From Octopus vulgaris (lineage: Eukaryota), in contig OX597817.1 in NCBI GenBank assembly GCA_951406725.2, positions 112,840,001 through 112,904,000 of the forward strand: a stretch of DNA of 64,000 bases. The letters run 5' to 3'. The notes beneath the pieces are model-generated. The model saw only the letters and a list, made by a program, of their open reading frames with translations. It ran no database searches and had not been told where the DNA came from. Made by a program: the position numbers and the translations under genes. Of this stretch, positions 13,821 to 28,466 are shown one piece after another. The stretch's first letter is position 1. Each line of letters begins with the position of its first letter.

Positions 13821-15504
13821 ACTATAAGCTTTGATATTGACATCCACAAATGCCTTTTGCTGTTAGGTCTCACATGAAAATGTGACTCCAAATTTGCTGA
13901 TGTGGTACAAGTGGTAGAATGGGGTCCGAATAACAATCAATTTATTGCCCATAGAAGTCGACAAATTCAAGAAATTCTTTTAATTGTATTTTATACATTG
14001 GCGAGTGAACCTCCATAATTCTCATGAATAAGGAATGCACTGGTAATATAATCTCCTTTGTGAGTCTATATCTAAAAAATAATGACAATTCATCAATTTC
14101 TAACACCGACTTAGTGTGATTGGTTGCCATGCTTAATAGCTGTAACCAATTTTATAAAACTTATCTACATTGATAAGTTGGCTTTCAACAGTTTTAGCAC
14201 TGATGCATGCATCATTTTGATGAATAATAACATAATACAGGTACCATGCAAAAAGCACCCAGTACACTGTGTTAAGTGGTTGGCATTAGGAAGGGCAACC
14301 AGCTGAAGAAGACATAGAACCTGATGGAGTCCTTTGGCTCATCTGTTCTTGTTAAACTGTCCAATCCATGTCAGCATGAGAAAAAGTGATATTAAATGAT
14401 AGTGGTGGTAGTGGTGGTGGTGACAATGTTGATGATGATGCTGATGATGATGTTGATGCAGGCTATTTTTAATTCCACAGGAAACTCATAACCATCTAAA
14501 AAGAGCTGTTAGTACAATTATTGTCTTCATTTCTTCTTGCCTCAGAACACATTTCTATCTGGTTATATACCCTATTTAAACCCAGTTTAAAAAAGTAATT
14601 TATACCAGAAAGAATGAAATATTAATTCAACATTTGTATTGGTTAAGAACCTGTACAAATCCTTTCCTTTACACCTATTTTATAGTATTCACATAATGTT
14701 TTACTAAATGTGAGAAAAAGAAAATTTTATTCTGTTATCAGTTTTTACTAATGCATCAAACTTTCTCAACCTTTCATTGAAATGTTCCATCAAACTTTTT
14801 CAGTTTGAGACTAGACATTTTAAAGTTTGGTTTCTTCAAATAAATCCAGAAATTCTGAGGCATAACAGTTGAAGTTAACTGTTTACTGGTGTCAACTTGT
14901 ATATTAATGATGACATTATTGAGTATTACATTGATCATTGTAGTATTTTAGATGTCAGTTCCATAAACATGATAATGATGGTGGTAACGGCGGTGGTGGT
15001 AGTTGTGATGATGGTGGTTCCATAAACCTTAGCAGAATCTTAGTGAATCTTCAATCACAGTTTCTTCAAATTCCTTATTTATATTCCTTATATTTATATA
15101 TATGCTTATTTATATTCTTGTCTTTCATTCTTTTTTTTTTTTACTTTTATTCATTTTATTCTTTCAGACAGCTGACTGCGGCCATACTGGAGTGCAACCT
15201 TGAAAGGTTTTTGTCGAACAAATGGATCCCAAGACTTATTTTTTTAAAGCCTAGTAATTATTCTATCAGTCTCCTTTGCTAAATCACTAATTAACAATTA
15301 TGTAAACATACAAACACTTGTTCTCGAGTGGTACGTGGGCAGACAAACACAGACACAGTGGTTAGGGTAGCGGACTCACAGTTGAAGGATCATGGTTTTG
15401 ATTCCCAGACTGGGCATTGTGTGTGTTTATTGAGCGAAAACACCTAAAGCTCCACAAGGCTCCAGTAGGGGGGGGGGGACCCCTGTTGTACTCTTTCACC
15501 CCAA

Positions 15505-16240
<736 letters not shown>

Positions 16241-16319
16241 CATACACATATATACCCATGCTAATATGGAAGGCAGAAGTTAAACAACGATGATCATGAT
16301 CATGATCATATCTATCTAC

Positions 16320-16367
<48 letters not shown>

Positions 16368-17115
16368 ATATATATATATATATATATACGACAGGCTTCT
16401 TTCAGTTTCTGTCTACCAAATCCACTAGTAGGGCTTGGGTTGGCCCGAGGCTATAGTAAAAGACACTTGCCCAAGGTGCAGTGGTGTTTTTTCAATTATT
16501 TGAAATTCAGAAATCCCTTCAAGCTGTTGTATGCATTCAGTGCTTGCACTAATCTTTGAATCACTTAACTGGAGTTATTTTGATGCTTTTGTACAATGCC
16601 CAGATGATTGCACGTTATATATGTATTTCATTTGAAAATTATCATTGTCTTCATTCATCCCTTTTAGGTACAATATTATTTTCAAATTCACAAAAACAAG
16701 CTGACATGCATAATTTCTAGAAATAACTTTATATTGATTGAATCAGATTTTGATGTAACAAGAACCTGACCCTTTCAGCAAATAATTTCATTTGGGGACA
16801 AACTAAGAATATTATCACAGATCTTAATATACTGTAATTCATTTCAACAGTTTCTAAGGATTTTACCATTACCTTTTTATCATTGTTTTTTACATGTTTC
16901 AACCATTTGACTGTGGCACATGCTGGGGCACAAACTTGAAGAATTTTTAATCGAATGAATCAACCCCAGTATTTTGTTTTTGCTTTAAGCCTGCTACTTA
17001 CTCTATTGATCTCTTTTGCTGAACACCTAAGTTACAGGGACATAAACACACCAACACCAGTTGTCAAGCAGTGGTGAGGACAAGCACAGACACAAAGATA
17101 CATACACTCACACAC

Positions 17116-17490
17116 GTAGGTGTGGCTGTGTGGTAAGATGTTTGCTTTCGAACCACTTCGTTCCAGGTTTAGTCCAACTGCATGGCACCTAGGGCAAGTG
17201 GCTTCTACTATAGCCTCAGGCTGACCAAAGCCTTGTGAGTGAATTTGGTAGACAGAAACTGAAAGAAGCCCATTGTTTGTGTGTGTGTGTGTGTGATTAT
17301 GTCTGTGTTTGTCCTCCCCCCATCACTGATAGCAACTGGTACTGGTGTGTTTACATCCTCGTAACTTATCAGTTTGGCAAAAAGATTAAAAAGAAGTCTT
17401 GGAGTTGATTTGTTTGACTAAAACTCTTTAAGGTGATACTCCAGCATGGCCACAGTCAACTGACTGAAATAAGTAAAAGAATAAATGAAT
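17116..17490 (+). mobile_element. tRNA-SINE family A (CORE-like, internal microsatellite), full length
   Basis: TGGCTGTGTGGTAAG...GGTT(C/T)AGTCC..CTGC.TGGCACCTTGGGCAAGTG...CAGTCAA.TGACTGAAA.AAGTAAAAGA. More than 15 full or partial copies in the window. Confidence 0.85.
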
Positions 17491-19769
17491 AAAAGAATAT
17501 ACACATGATCATCTTTCAGTTTCCATCTACCAAATCCACTCACAAGGCCTTGGTTGGTCCAAAGCTAAAGTAGAAGATACTTGCCCAATGTCCATGCATT
17601 GGGACTGAACCCGGAACCATGTAATTAGGAAGCTTTTTTTTGTATAGTTACTATACCTACTTTTAATAATGTCAAACTTGTTATTTGTATCATTAGTATC
17701 CAGAAGATTTCTCCTTCTTGCTTTTGCAGCCAAGCATCTCAGCTAAGCCTTTGTCCTATCTGGGTTATTGAGTGGAAGTTCATTGTTATTAACCTGCGAT
17801 GACAATATTGTGTCATACTGAGTTTAATTAAGTAAAGCTGTAGTCACACACAAACCAGAAGCTTTATTTAAATGAATAGCTAAGCCACATTAAATAGTCT
17901 TCATTACATGCAAGCATGCAAAACGCAGGCAACACTGCAATAATACTAGCCTAACAATAAAATCACACAGTTTATGGTACCTTTATCTTTTATTGTTTAT
18001 TATCAGTCATTGCACTGTGGCCATGCTGGGGGGTTTTAGCCAGACAAATTGATCCTAGTACTAATATTTTTAAAGTCTTGTACTTATATTATCATTCTCT
18101 TTTGCTGAACTGCTAAGTTACAGGGATGTTAACCAAAATCTATTGCCAAGCGATGATGTGTGTGTGTGGGGGGGGGGGGTATGAGAACAAACACAAATAC
18201 ACACAAATACACAAACACACACACACACACACATACACACACACATGTACATATATATATAGACATACATTTATGACAGATTTTTTTCAGTTTCTGTCTA
18301 TTAAGCCAACTCTCAATGATTTGGTTTGGTCTGAGGTTATTGCAGAAGAAACTTGCCCCAGATGCCATACAATGGGACTGAACCCAAAACCATGTGGTTG
18401 GGAAGCAAACTTCTTGCTGTATATCCATGCCTGCACCAACTTGCATTATAGTGAGGAATATAACTCATTATATCATTGTGAGGGATATAACACATATATC
18501 TATATTGTTGGATATTACAGAGGGGATAACAAGGGACCCAAAATTTCTGGTGGTTTGATGTGCTTGAGAAGACATGTCAAGGAAAGCAAAATCCTAGGTG
18601 TCCTTGTATACAAGCATTTTCCTTACATCCTTCTTCAGCTGATCATGGGTACATGTGTCGCATAAAAAAACAATCCATGCAGATGCCATGTGAAAGCACC
18701 CATGCCAGTGCTGCATAAAAGTACCCAGTGCACTCTGTAAAGTGATTGATGTCAGGAAAGGCATTCAACTATAGAAACCATACCAAAACAGACGGCTCTT
18801 CAGCTGGTCAGCTCCCATCAAACTGTTCGATCCATGCCCCAGCATAGTAAATGGATGTTAAATGATGATAATGATGATGATGATGATGGTGCTGGTGCTG
18901 GTGGTAGTAGGGGGTGATGATGATGATGATGATGATGATGTTGATGATGATGATGATGATGAGGAGGAGGAGGAGGAGGATAATTGTTATGGTAAGTTAT
19001 TTCACTTGGATAAAAGTATGTTTAAGAGGATAGAAAGCAAAGAGAAGTGAAAAGAAGGAAGAAGGGTATTAATGTTGTTGATGTGAGTTATTTAAAAAGA
19101 CTTTAAGAAATATATTTAAAAAACAGAGGACACGGTATATAAAAGCACAAAAAAATATAGCTAAGTGCTCAGAGGGTAAATTTATTTATAAATAAGTAAG
19201 GAAAATTAAAAATCAGGAGCAGATGTAATTGGTTAAAGTTAAAGTGATAATTAGAGAGATTATGAAAGTTTCTGATGAGCTATCCTGCTCTATAGAAATA
19301 AGCCTGAGAAGATAAAGAATTGAAAATGTCATAGAGTATCATCATGTTATCATCATCATCATCATGACGGTGACCATTGTTATTGCAGTCATAATTATTT
19401 CTGTTGTCACTATCATCATTAACAGCAGCAGTAGCAGTAATAGTTTTGCATCTACTTTTCCACAGAGGAATGAGTTGGATAAGTCTTCTAAGAGAGTGTT
19501 TCAGGACCAGATTCCCTTCTGGATACCAGTCCTTTCAGTCCTTTAGTAACAGCTAAAAATCAAAGAGCAACAAGAAAGGGCATTTTTGACACAGTGAGTA
19601 TATGACTCAAAATAGTTCTAATAGATGGCCATTTAGTCTGACCATCTAGAAAATACCACTGTACATTGAAGTGACCAGCTTCTGAAATAGATCAGAAATT
19701 GGTTGCACTGAAGACTACCACTAAGTGCTTGAGGTTGACTTTATCAAAAGCATTATGTTGATCTAAATA

Positions 19770-21002
19770 TGAGGTGGTATCAAAAAGTTCCTGGACTAGT
19801 TCTGTAGTACACCAGCAGGTGGCAGCACATGGTTGCATGCACAGGGAGAGCTAGTAGTGACCTTCATGAAGCAGTGTATCAAGTGACATTACTGTATTTA
19901 TTTTGCAAGTTGTGAAATTTGTGCTTTTGCAATCACATGTATACTGTGGTCTGTGATTTTTGTCATGGGCAGGAATCGGGAACAAAAAACCAATGTGAAA
20001 TTTTACATTACTTCGAAAGTCTGCTACAGTGACACTGAGCATGCTTCAGCAAGCATACGGAGACAAGGCAATGGGTCACATGCAATGTTCCGAGTGACAC
20101 GAGTGCTTCAAAAGCAGAAGAATGTCCCTGGAAGATGATGAGCAATCTGGAAGACCTGCCACAAGTGTCACTCCTGGGAATTTGGAGAAAATTCATCAAC
20201 TTGTGCATAAGGATTGTTGCAAGACAATCAACAATGTTTTGAAGCGTTTGAACTGTTACTAAAGGACTGAAAGGACTGGTATCCAGAAGGAAATCTGGTC
20301 CTGAAACACTCTCTTAGAAGACTTATCCAACTCATTCCTCTGTGGAAAAGTTGATGCAAAACTTGAGGGTGAAAGCGACCAGATCTGTGAATTCTTCATG
20401 ACAACAATGCACCCTGTTACTGAGCTCTCCTCACTCATGAATTTCACACCAAAAACATGACATCTCTTCCACATCCACATTTATTTCTTATTTCTTTATT
20501 GCCCACAAGGAGATAAACATAGAGGGGACAAACAAGGACAGACAAAGGGATTAAATCGATTACATCGACTCCAGTGCATAATTGGTACTTGATTTATCGA
20601 CCCTGAAAGGATGAAAGGCAAAGTCGACCTCAGAGGAATTTGAACTCAAAACGTAATGACAGACGAAATACCACTATGCAGTTCATCCAGCATGCTAACG
20701 TTTCTGCCAGCTCGCCGCCTTCCACATCCACCCTATTCATCAAATTTAGCACCTGTGGACTTCTATCTCTTCCCCAAAATGAAAATATAACTCAAAGGTT
20801 ATCATTTTAAGACCATTGTCAAGATTAAGAGGGAATCACACAGGTCCTCAACTCACTTACAGAAAATGACTTCCAGGCCAGATTCCAAAAGTGGCAGGAA
20901 CACTGAGACTGGTGTATTCAAATGAGATAGTGTTAAAACTTAGGTAAATAAGTTAATTTTTATTAAACATAACTAAGCCTGGAACTTTTTGATACCACCT
21001 CA
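19770..21002 (+). mobile_element. Internally deleted mariner transposon
   Basis: TIRs TGAGGTGGTATCAAAAAGTTCC / GGAACTTTTTGATACCACCTCA with 5' TA. Transposase remnants EQKTNVKF, HDNN, HPPYSSNLAPVDFYLFPKMK. Confidence 0.9.
20479..20719 (-). mobile_element. tRNA-SINE family C (Tx1-like tail) inserted in the mariner
   Basis: Full head GGCGGCGAGCTGGCAGAAACG; 13-bp TSD CTTCCACATCCAC at 20466-20478 and 20719-20731. Confidence 0.9.
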
Positions 21003-21965
21003 TGAATTAGAATTCTACCCCTAAATCTAGCTGTATTACTTGTTTCTGCAATAAATTGCATGAAGTAGAGTTCTTACTGGATATATCGACCAGCTGTTGT
21101 GCAGGTTTCCATATTTCCAGTTACACTACAACAAACACAGTTGTGTGGTTGGTAGGGTAATCAAATGGAAATCAAGTCATTCAGGTCACTCATGATTGGA
21201 GAAAGGTCCACATGTCACAACTTCCCCCTTTCTAAACATCATCAGATTCATGTTAACATAAGAAATCAATAATAGAAGATAAAAAAAAACAAAGCTGATT
21301 GGGGCTAAATATAAAACATAAAATAGTCAAGATAAAGAATATATAAATAGTTGGATAAGTGAAGAATATATAAATAGACAACAGAAGTATATATAGATTG
21401 CTGAGTGATTAGAATGAAAAAAATATATAATGTTACTAGTAGTTTATTGCTGTTCATGCTGACAGTAACTGTCTTAAAACAATTTCTTGGATTAGTTAAC
21501 AAACGTTTTGGAGTGTTTTTGTTTGTTTATTTTTTCTTTGTTTTTACTTTGCTTTCCTTAATGAATAACTGTTTGCCATAGTGAATATTTTCACTATTTT
21601 TTAAATTTTAAATCGCTAGTCTTGTTTTCCTATTCTGAGCAGAAACAAATGAAAACTCTAGCAATCTTTCTTATTTCTTTGTACTGCTTACACATTCTGT
21701 TTCTTTCTTACTTCAGTAATATTGTGAGGTGTATTTGTATGAATGAAATTCACATCGTTAACTTGTCACTCTGAACCAGATCCTTAGTATCATAATGGGA
21801 CTTTAGGTCCAACAACCTATAAAGCTGGCTGACATGAACTTGCCTCTTTTGGTATTGAGTTGCAAGCCCATTGATATGTCCTTGTTTTCATGCTCTCTAT
21901 ATATATTTGATTGAAAGAAAAGTTATAAAAGTGACTCAAGGGTTATGAGTTCTGTGCATAGCACT

Positions 21966-21968
<3 letters not shown>

Positions 21969-22040
<72 letters not shown>

Positions 22041-22041
22041 A

Positions 22042-22122
<81 letters not shown>

Positions 22123-22129
22123 CCTACCA

Positions 22130-22215
<86 letters not shown>
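21969..22215. repeat. (TATC)n(TA)n microsatellite
   Basis: Direct reading. Confidence 0.98.
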
Positions 22216-22219
<4 letters not shown>

Positions 22220-22248
22220 CAAAAGAAAAACAGGATGCAAAGGATTTA

Positions 22249-22335
22249 GCGGTATATATGTTTCTGGCTTTATTGGACAGTTTATATCAATGCATAATTG
22301 ATGTAACATGTATGTCAATAGCCTTCTTCAGCCGC
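22249..22335 (-). ncRNA. Type I hammerhead ribozyme (slightly degenerate)
   Basis: Reverse complement: GCGG-CTGAAGA-aGGCTATTGACA...TGTcCAATAaaGCCa-GAAA-CATATA-TA|CCGC. Stem I GCGG/CCGC; stem III CATATA probably decayed from CATATG. Confidence 0.7.
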
Positions 22336-22789
22336 ACACAATTACCACACCAAAGACATGTATTACATTATAGCAGGTTTGAGAAGTTTGGGAAAAAGAC
22401 GAGTTTTGTTGGGGATGCAAATCCTCATAGTCGTATACAGCAGAGCGGGACACCAAAACAAAACATCGATACCGTTTTTCAGTGTGTGTGTGTGTACATA
22501 TATATATATTTGTGAGTATATATGTGTGTATATATATGTGTGCATAAATATGTGTATGTTTATATATATATAAGTATTCTTATACTTGTTTCAGTCATTT
22601 GACTGCAGTCATGCTGGAGCACTGCCTTTAGTGGAACAGATCAACCCCAGGACTTATTCTTTGTAAGTCTTGTACTTATTCTATCATTCTCTTTGGCTGA
22701 ACATAAGCACACCAGCATCAGCTGACAAGCAATGGTGGGGAGACAAACACTGACACACAAATATATATATATGTATGTATGCATATTTA

Positions 22790-23245
22790 TCACCATCATC
22801 ATCATCGTTTAACATCCATTTTCCATACTACCATGGGTTGGACAGTTTGACTGGGGTCTGGGAAGCCAGGAGGCTGCACCAAGCTCCAGTCTTATCTGGC
22901 AGTGTTTCTACAGCTGGATGCCCTTCCTAATGCCAACCACTCCATGAGTGTAGTGGGTGCTTTTTACATGCCACCGGCACAAGGGCCAGAGGAGGCTGGC
23001 AACGGCCATGATCGGTTGGTGCTTTTTACGTGTCACCGGCACGGACACCAGTCAAGGCGGCGCTGGCATCGGCCACATTTGGATGGTGCTTTTTATGTGT
23101 CACCAGCATGGGTATCACAACTACAATTTCCATTTGATTTTTATTTTGATGTTGATGTACTTGACACAATTGGTCTCCTCAAGCACAGCAGGCCATCCTG
23201 TGAGCCATGAACTCACTTCATTTGTCGGGTCTTTGCAGTCTTTGT
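22790..23245 (-). mobile_element. RTE LINE 3' UTR with three internal tandem units
   Basis: (GAT)n tail; repeated GGTGCTTTTTA(C/T)(A/G)TG(C/T)CACC(G/A)GCA cores at ~22957, 23018 and 23085. Confidence 0.8.
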
Positions 23246-23758
23246 AAGTCTAGTACTTATTCTATTGTTGTCTTTGGCTGAACGTAAGCACACCAACGTC
23301 AGTTAACAAGCATAATAAATATACATACGATGGGCTTCTTTCAGTTTCTATCTACAAAATCCACTCACAAGGCCTTGGTCAGCCTGAGGCTATAGAAGGA
23401 AACACTTGCCCAAGTTTCCTCACAGTGGGACTGAACTTGGAACCATGTGGTTGGGAGGTAAGCCTCTTACCACATAGCCACTATATATATATATATATAT
23501 ATGTATACATATATGTCTGGCAAGGTCTGATACAGTAACATTGCAACTCAATTCTACAGCTGAGTGAACTGGAGCAATGTGAAAAAATGCGTCTTGCTCA
23601 AGAACACAACACACGGCCCAGGCTAGGAATCAAACTCACTACTTCATGATTGTGAGCTCAACACTCTAACTATGTGTGTGTATTTGAGTGAGTGTATATG
23701 TGTTTGTATATGTTTATTTAGAAAGATACATAGAAAATAGAATTACAGACACATGCAC

Positions 23759-23813
<55 letters not shown>

Positions 23814-23927
23814 AACAGACACACTTAAAAAGGAAGGAAGCGGGCTGTGACAAAGTATAGAAAATTGCATTCGCTGCAGACTATGCTACTCATATATATA
23901 AATGTATACATATGCACACACACATGG

Positions 23928-23969
<42 letters not shown>

Positions 23970-24615
23970 AGTTGAAATGGTGTTTGATTTTTTTTCACTT
24001 TTTGTACCCGTTCTCTATACAAAATACTACAATTAGTCATCATGTTTGACGGCACCAGGTCAACTATATATATATATATATACATTAAAAATGGAAAGGC
24101 CAGTTTATGGGATTATGGTGTAATCCCATAAACCGGCCTTCCCCATTATTAATATATACTGCTCTACATCTTAGAGTGTGCTTCTTCTTCTTCTGGATTT
24201 ATGTTTTTTATACACAATATATATATATACATATATATACACATGTTGAGATGGAGAAATACACAAGAGCATTATGATAGTAGAAGATGCATGAAGCTCT
24301 CTTTGCCACTTCCTCTCTCTCATTGCTATTACTATTTCTCACTCCCTCTCACTCATGCCTATTACTCTCACTACTTCTACTTCACTGAATTATTATTTTC
24401 TCTCCTCTCCCTTCACCCCTACTGTGTGATCACCCCCTACTATGTGATACGAATATATAAAAACACTACACTCATTATTATATTAAAAGATTTTTAAAAT
24501 CATTTGATTAATTTCTTTCTAAATTAAAATGTTTTAGCTTTATGGTTTATCAGACCCCAAATTTGTTGGGCCAGCAGGTTTTAGGATCTTCCCCACTTTT
24601 AATATATATACATAT

Positions 24616-24667
<52 letters not shown>

Positions 24668-24980
24668 AAGGTGGTCAGGTTTCAAATGAATCATGCCCTT
24701 AAATAATAAGGCACCAAGATCAGGTAAGTGACATTGTTATTGTGTACAAAACAAAATTAGAGGAACATATACATACATACCAAAGTAAAGACTGGTTTAT
24801 ATTCCAGTTGCATGTATGATCACAAATGTCTGACTGAATGTACCATGAGTACCAAGGTGGCCCCTAGGTATAAGCACTCTACCAGATGTATTGCACTCAG
24901 TAAACTACAGAGCCAAGTGAATTTCAGATTCCAAGTAAGGTGAATAATAAACAAATAATAACAGATAGATAGTGGCTCAC

Positions 24981-25063
24981 TCACTATAGCTGTTTTGGAC
25001 ATGTTTTTTTATTGATGAATGGCGCTATTACATCATACAAAAAGAATCGTTTTCATCAGGTGA
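24981..25063 (-). ncRNA. Degenerate type I hammerhead
   Basis: Reverse complement: TCAC-CTGATGA-...-cc(A)AAA-CAGCTA-TA|GTGA. Stem I is intact, GAAA is mutated to AAAA and stem II is poor. Confidence 0.5.
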
Positions 25064-26504
25064 ATATATGCATGAATTAAGCATTAAAAAAACATTTTAC
25101 AAACCCTAGCATGTGCCATTTCATAACTCCCTGGTGAACTTTGGTCAGAGAGTAATTTAATTTCCTTAGTTTGTAGTTTATACAAGAGAATCATTAAGGT
25201 GACTTGAAACAGGGAGGGAAGCAAAAAGATGTTATAGTAGAAGGATGAATACAGAATGGGGGATGACAATTTGATATCACACTCCAACTCCTAAAAGATA
25301 AGGTTATTTTATTTCATTTTCAATCTTTAAATAACTGGCAGACAGAGTTCCGGCCAAAAATCACATTAAAAGATATGAATCTACAGCAGAAAGATACATC
25401 GTAAACCCACATACATCTGTTTGCGTACAAAGATAAAGGAATATAGAATAATAAATCTATTTACCTGGGTCCAGACTCAACTATATATCATCCAATATGT
25501 ACGATAAGGAAACATGCATAAACATGCGTGAAGCATAAAAATGTATTCTAACACACATATTTATACACACATACCCACAGATACATCTATACACATACTT
25601 ACTCCCAATTAATTATATGTATAAATATATATATATATAGTATTTTGCAAGTTGAATGAGTTCTTCATCACATATATATATGTATACACACACATGCACA
25701 CACACATACACACACACATATATACACAAATATATACAGATCTAAACACATACACATTCATATCGATACACATAATAAAACTACACTCTCACATGCATAC
25801 ATACAAATAATATCTATACCCATCACAACAATTTAAATGTATATTTATTGTTAAACTGTACTTACATCTTCAAAACCACTACCTTAATATAACAACACAT
25901 GTGCATAGCTAATACCAAAACTGCACTTATTCATGTACAAAGTGAATAGCCCAGGCAATTACCTACACATATTCATACCTGTATACATACATTTACTTAC
26001 ATACAAACAAACACTTCTAATACATTTACACCCAATCGACATATGTGACACCATAAGAGATTTATTAATTCTGGGATAATAAACAACTGAAGAAAAACAA
26101 ACATCAAGGTAAATAAATAAAATTTTAAATGGCCTATTATAAAATATTGTGTAATCCATATCAAGTAAATAATAAAATTAAATAAAGAAGTGACCAATAA
26201 AAAAATTAAAATATAAAAAGAATAAAGAGAATACAAACAATAAAAAATGAAAATACAAAAAAAAATTTATAAGAAATAAAAAGTTATTAAAAATTATAAA
26301 GGTAAAAAAATAAAAAATATATAAAACCACAAACTAAATTATAATTATAAAAAAAAAATCATAAAGAGGCCTAGAAAATAATGAAGGCCAACCACTGTCT
26401 CAGATATATGAATGAGATAAATTACCAACATGGTAATGGTATTTAGAATGTTACAGGAATTTAAAAGTGTACAATAAACATCAAAAAATATTCAAGAATA
26501 TAAA

Positions 26505-26755
26505 AGGTATCACCACAGCCTCCAGACAATGCCGGAACCGCCTGCAACTCTTCAAGATGGTTTCCTTGTTTAAGTTGGTGAATGCTGCCATAATCCTTGC
26601 TTCCAGTTCATCTCTGTTGTTACAAGGAGTTTTGTTGGTCCCTCGCTCAGATGTTAGGGGTGATGTGGTCACAGAAATTCTGACAGGCATGACTGAGTTT
26701 TCCTGCTTGTGTGGCATAGTGCAGAGTCCTGTTGCCAGACAGGGTCTACCAGCAG
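26505..26755 (-). mobile_element. Tc1/mariner transposase 3' fragment
   Basis: ERGTNKTPCNNRDELEARIMAAFTNLNKETILKSCRRFRHCLEAVV; inverted relative of 27175-27480. Confidence 0.8.
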
Positions 26756-26779
26756 AGTGCAATGGGTAAATTGTCATTG

Positions 26780-27555
26780 TTTTATATTTTTTATTTCACA
26801 TATGCACATTGTTTGTTTTTGATTGTGTTGACTACACAGTGTAGTAAGGTCAGTCAGGCATTGTCTGTAAGAAAAACAGTACCATGATGCAATTCACTCT
26901 GCCAGAAATTTGTAACTGACTTGCTGTACTGCTTGGCATTCATGCTAGAAGCTCCAATATGAACATTTCAGAGTCTTTGTGTACCAATCTGAGGACAGTG
27001 CAATCTGAGGAGAGTGATAAAAATCAAACATCCAGTCAACATCATGATGTTTGGAGTGATCACTAGTGATGGCAATGTTAGGCCCCCATTCATTTTCCCA
27101 CATGGCCTCAGTCTCAACGCAAAGGCCTACATCAAGTGCCTGGAGGAGTAGCGCTGCCCTGGGTCAAGAAGGTAGCTGCTGGAAGACCCTATATTCAGCA
27201 ACAGGACTCTGCACCATGTTACACAAGAAGGAGAACCCAGTCATGGCTGTCAGACAATTTCTGTGACCACATCATTCCTAACATCTGGTCACCTAACTCC
27301 TCAGACTGCAAACGCCTTGATTATTATGTGCAGGGTGCAGTTGAGCGAGAGACCAACAAAACTCCTTGTAACACCAATGATGAACTGAAGGCAAGGATTA
27401 TAGCAGCATTCACCAACTTAAACAAGGAGACCATCCAGAAGAGTTGCAAGAGAATCTAAGGTCATCTGGAGGCCATGGTTAATGCCAATGGCGATTTTAT
27501 TGAATAAATTTACTCTTTAGTATGTCAAAATATTTTTATGTAATTTTGGTAAATA
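26780..27555 (+). mobile_element. Tc1/mariner transposase remnant
   Basis: IMMFGVITSDG...YIQQQDSAPCYT...WSPNSSDCKRLDYYVQGAVERETNKTPCNTNDELKARI (DDD/E catalytic region). Confidence 0.85.
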
Positions 27556-27557
27556 TA

Positions 27558-28438
27558 CGTAGTCTGATCAATAAGTATCCGGACTGTTGCCATAGTAATG
27601 AAACTAAAGCATGCAAAGTGAAGCTGCTTGGCACAGATTGATCTTGAACCCTGCTGCTCATGTGCATTAGGTTTTAACGTTCCAGCTCACTTCAACTGAT
27701 TGCTGCAGTGTTTGGAATGAACGTGTATATCATGTGATCATCGCATTGACTATGACACATCAAGTTAAGCAGAGAATCTGCATCAAATTTTGACAAAAGC
27801 TTGGTGATAACTGCTCAGAGGCCTGCATAAAGTTTTCAAAGTGTTTTCATCATACTCGACACAAACAAGGTTATCATGTGCAACTGAAACCCGAGTGTCT
27901 TTTTGGTCTTGGCACAAACTTAGCAGACACATGTCTCAGACCCAAATCTTCAGTGATAATGGACTGAGCAGAACTGTAACTAATCTGTACATCCTCTGAT
28001 AACTTACAGTTGGTGATTCGATGATTTCCATTCACAGTTGCATGCACATCTGTAATGTTTTTCTCCGTCCTGCTGCTTCCCGGTCATCCAGAAGATTTGT
28101 CAGTATTGATATTTTTTCGGCTGTCTTGGAAATGTCTGAACCACTTGTACACTTATGTGCAGCTCATACACTATACTCCATACACTTTGTGCAACTTTGT
28201 GTAGGCCACTGAGCAGGTACCGCCATGACAACTTTCTCTGTCATGGTCAATGTGATGATCACATACTACACACCTTCCTTCCAAGCACTACTGTAAACAG
28301 CAGACGTAAGCTAGAATACTAAAACTTAGTGTGCATGCACAGCAGAGTTTAAAGTCACTCTTTGCCAAATGGCTTCACTCTACATGCTTTAGCTTTGTTA
28401 CTATGGCAACAGCCTGGATACTTAGTGATCAGACCTAG
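27558..28438. mobile_element. Mariner-derived foldback made of two 5' ends
   Basis: ~200-bp imperfect TIRs (GTCTGATCAATAAGTATCCGGACTGTTGCCATAG / CTATGGCAACAGCCTGGATACTTAGTGATCAGAC) with TA flanks. Minus strand reads VYKWFRHFQDSR...ITEDLGLRHVSAKFVPR; plus strand reads KQRICIKF. Confidence 0.85.
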
Positions 28439-28466
28439 TATCTGTTAAAATAAGACATCAGGTGCA

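Noticed and set aside
13820-14075. Possible minus-strand exon
   Set aside because: Stops in all frames between plausible splice sites.
17655-17795. Possible minus-strand exon (VNNNELPL...DIIK)
   Set aside because: In-frame TAG and no recognisable homology.
24244-24560. LTR plus tRNA-Met PBS (TGGTTTATCAGAC)
   Set aside because: The PBS match is imperfect, there is no clear CA end, and no internal domain follows.
25105-25290. Open 62-codon exon-like segment on the minus strand with AG/GT ends
   Set aside because: No recognisable protein, and it lies directly upstream of a degenerate hammerhead in a probable PLE/retrozyme-type element. Not excluded, but unsupported.
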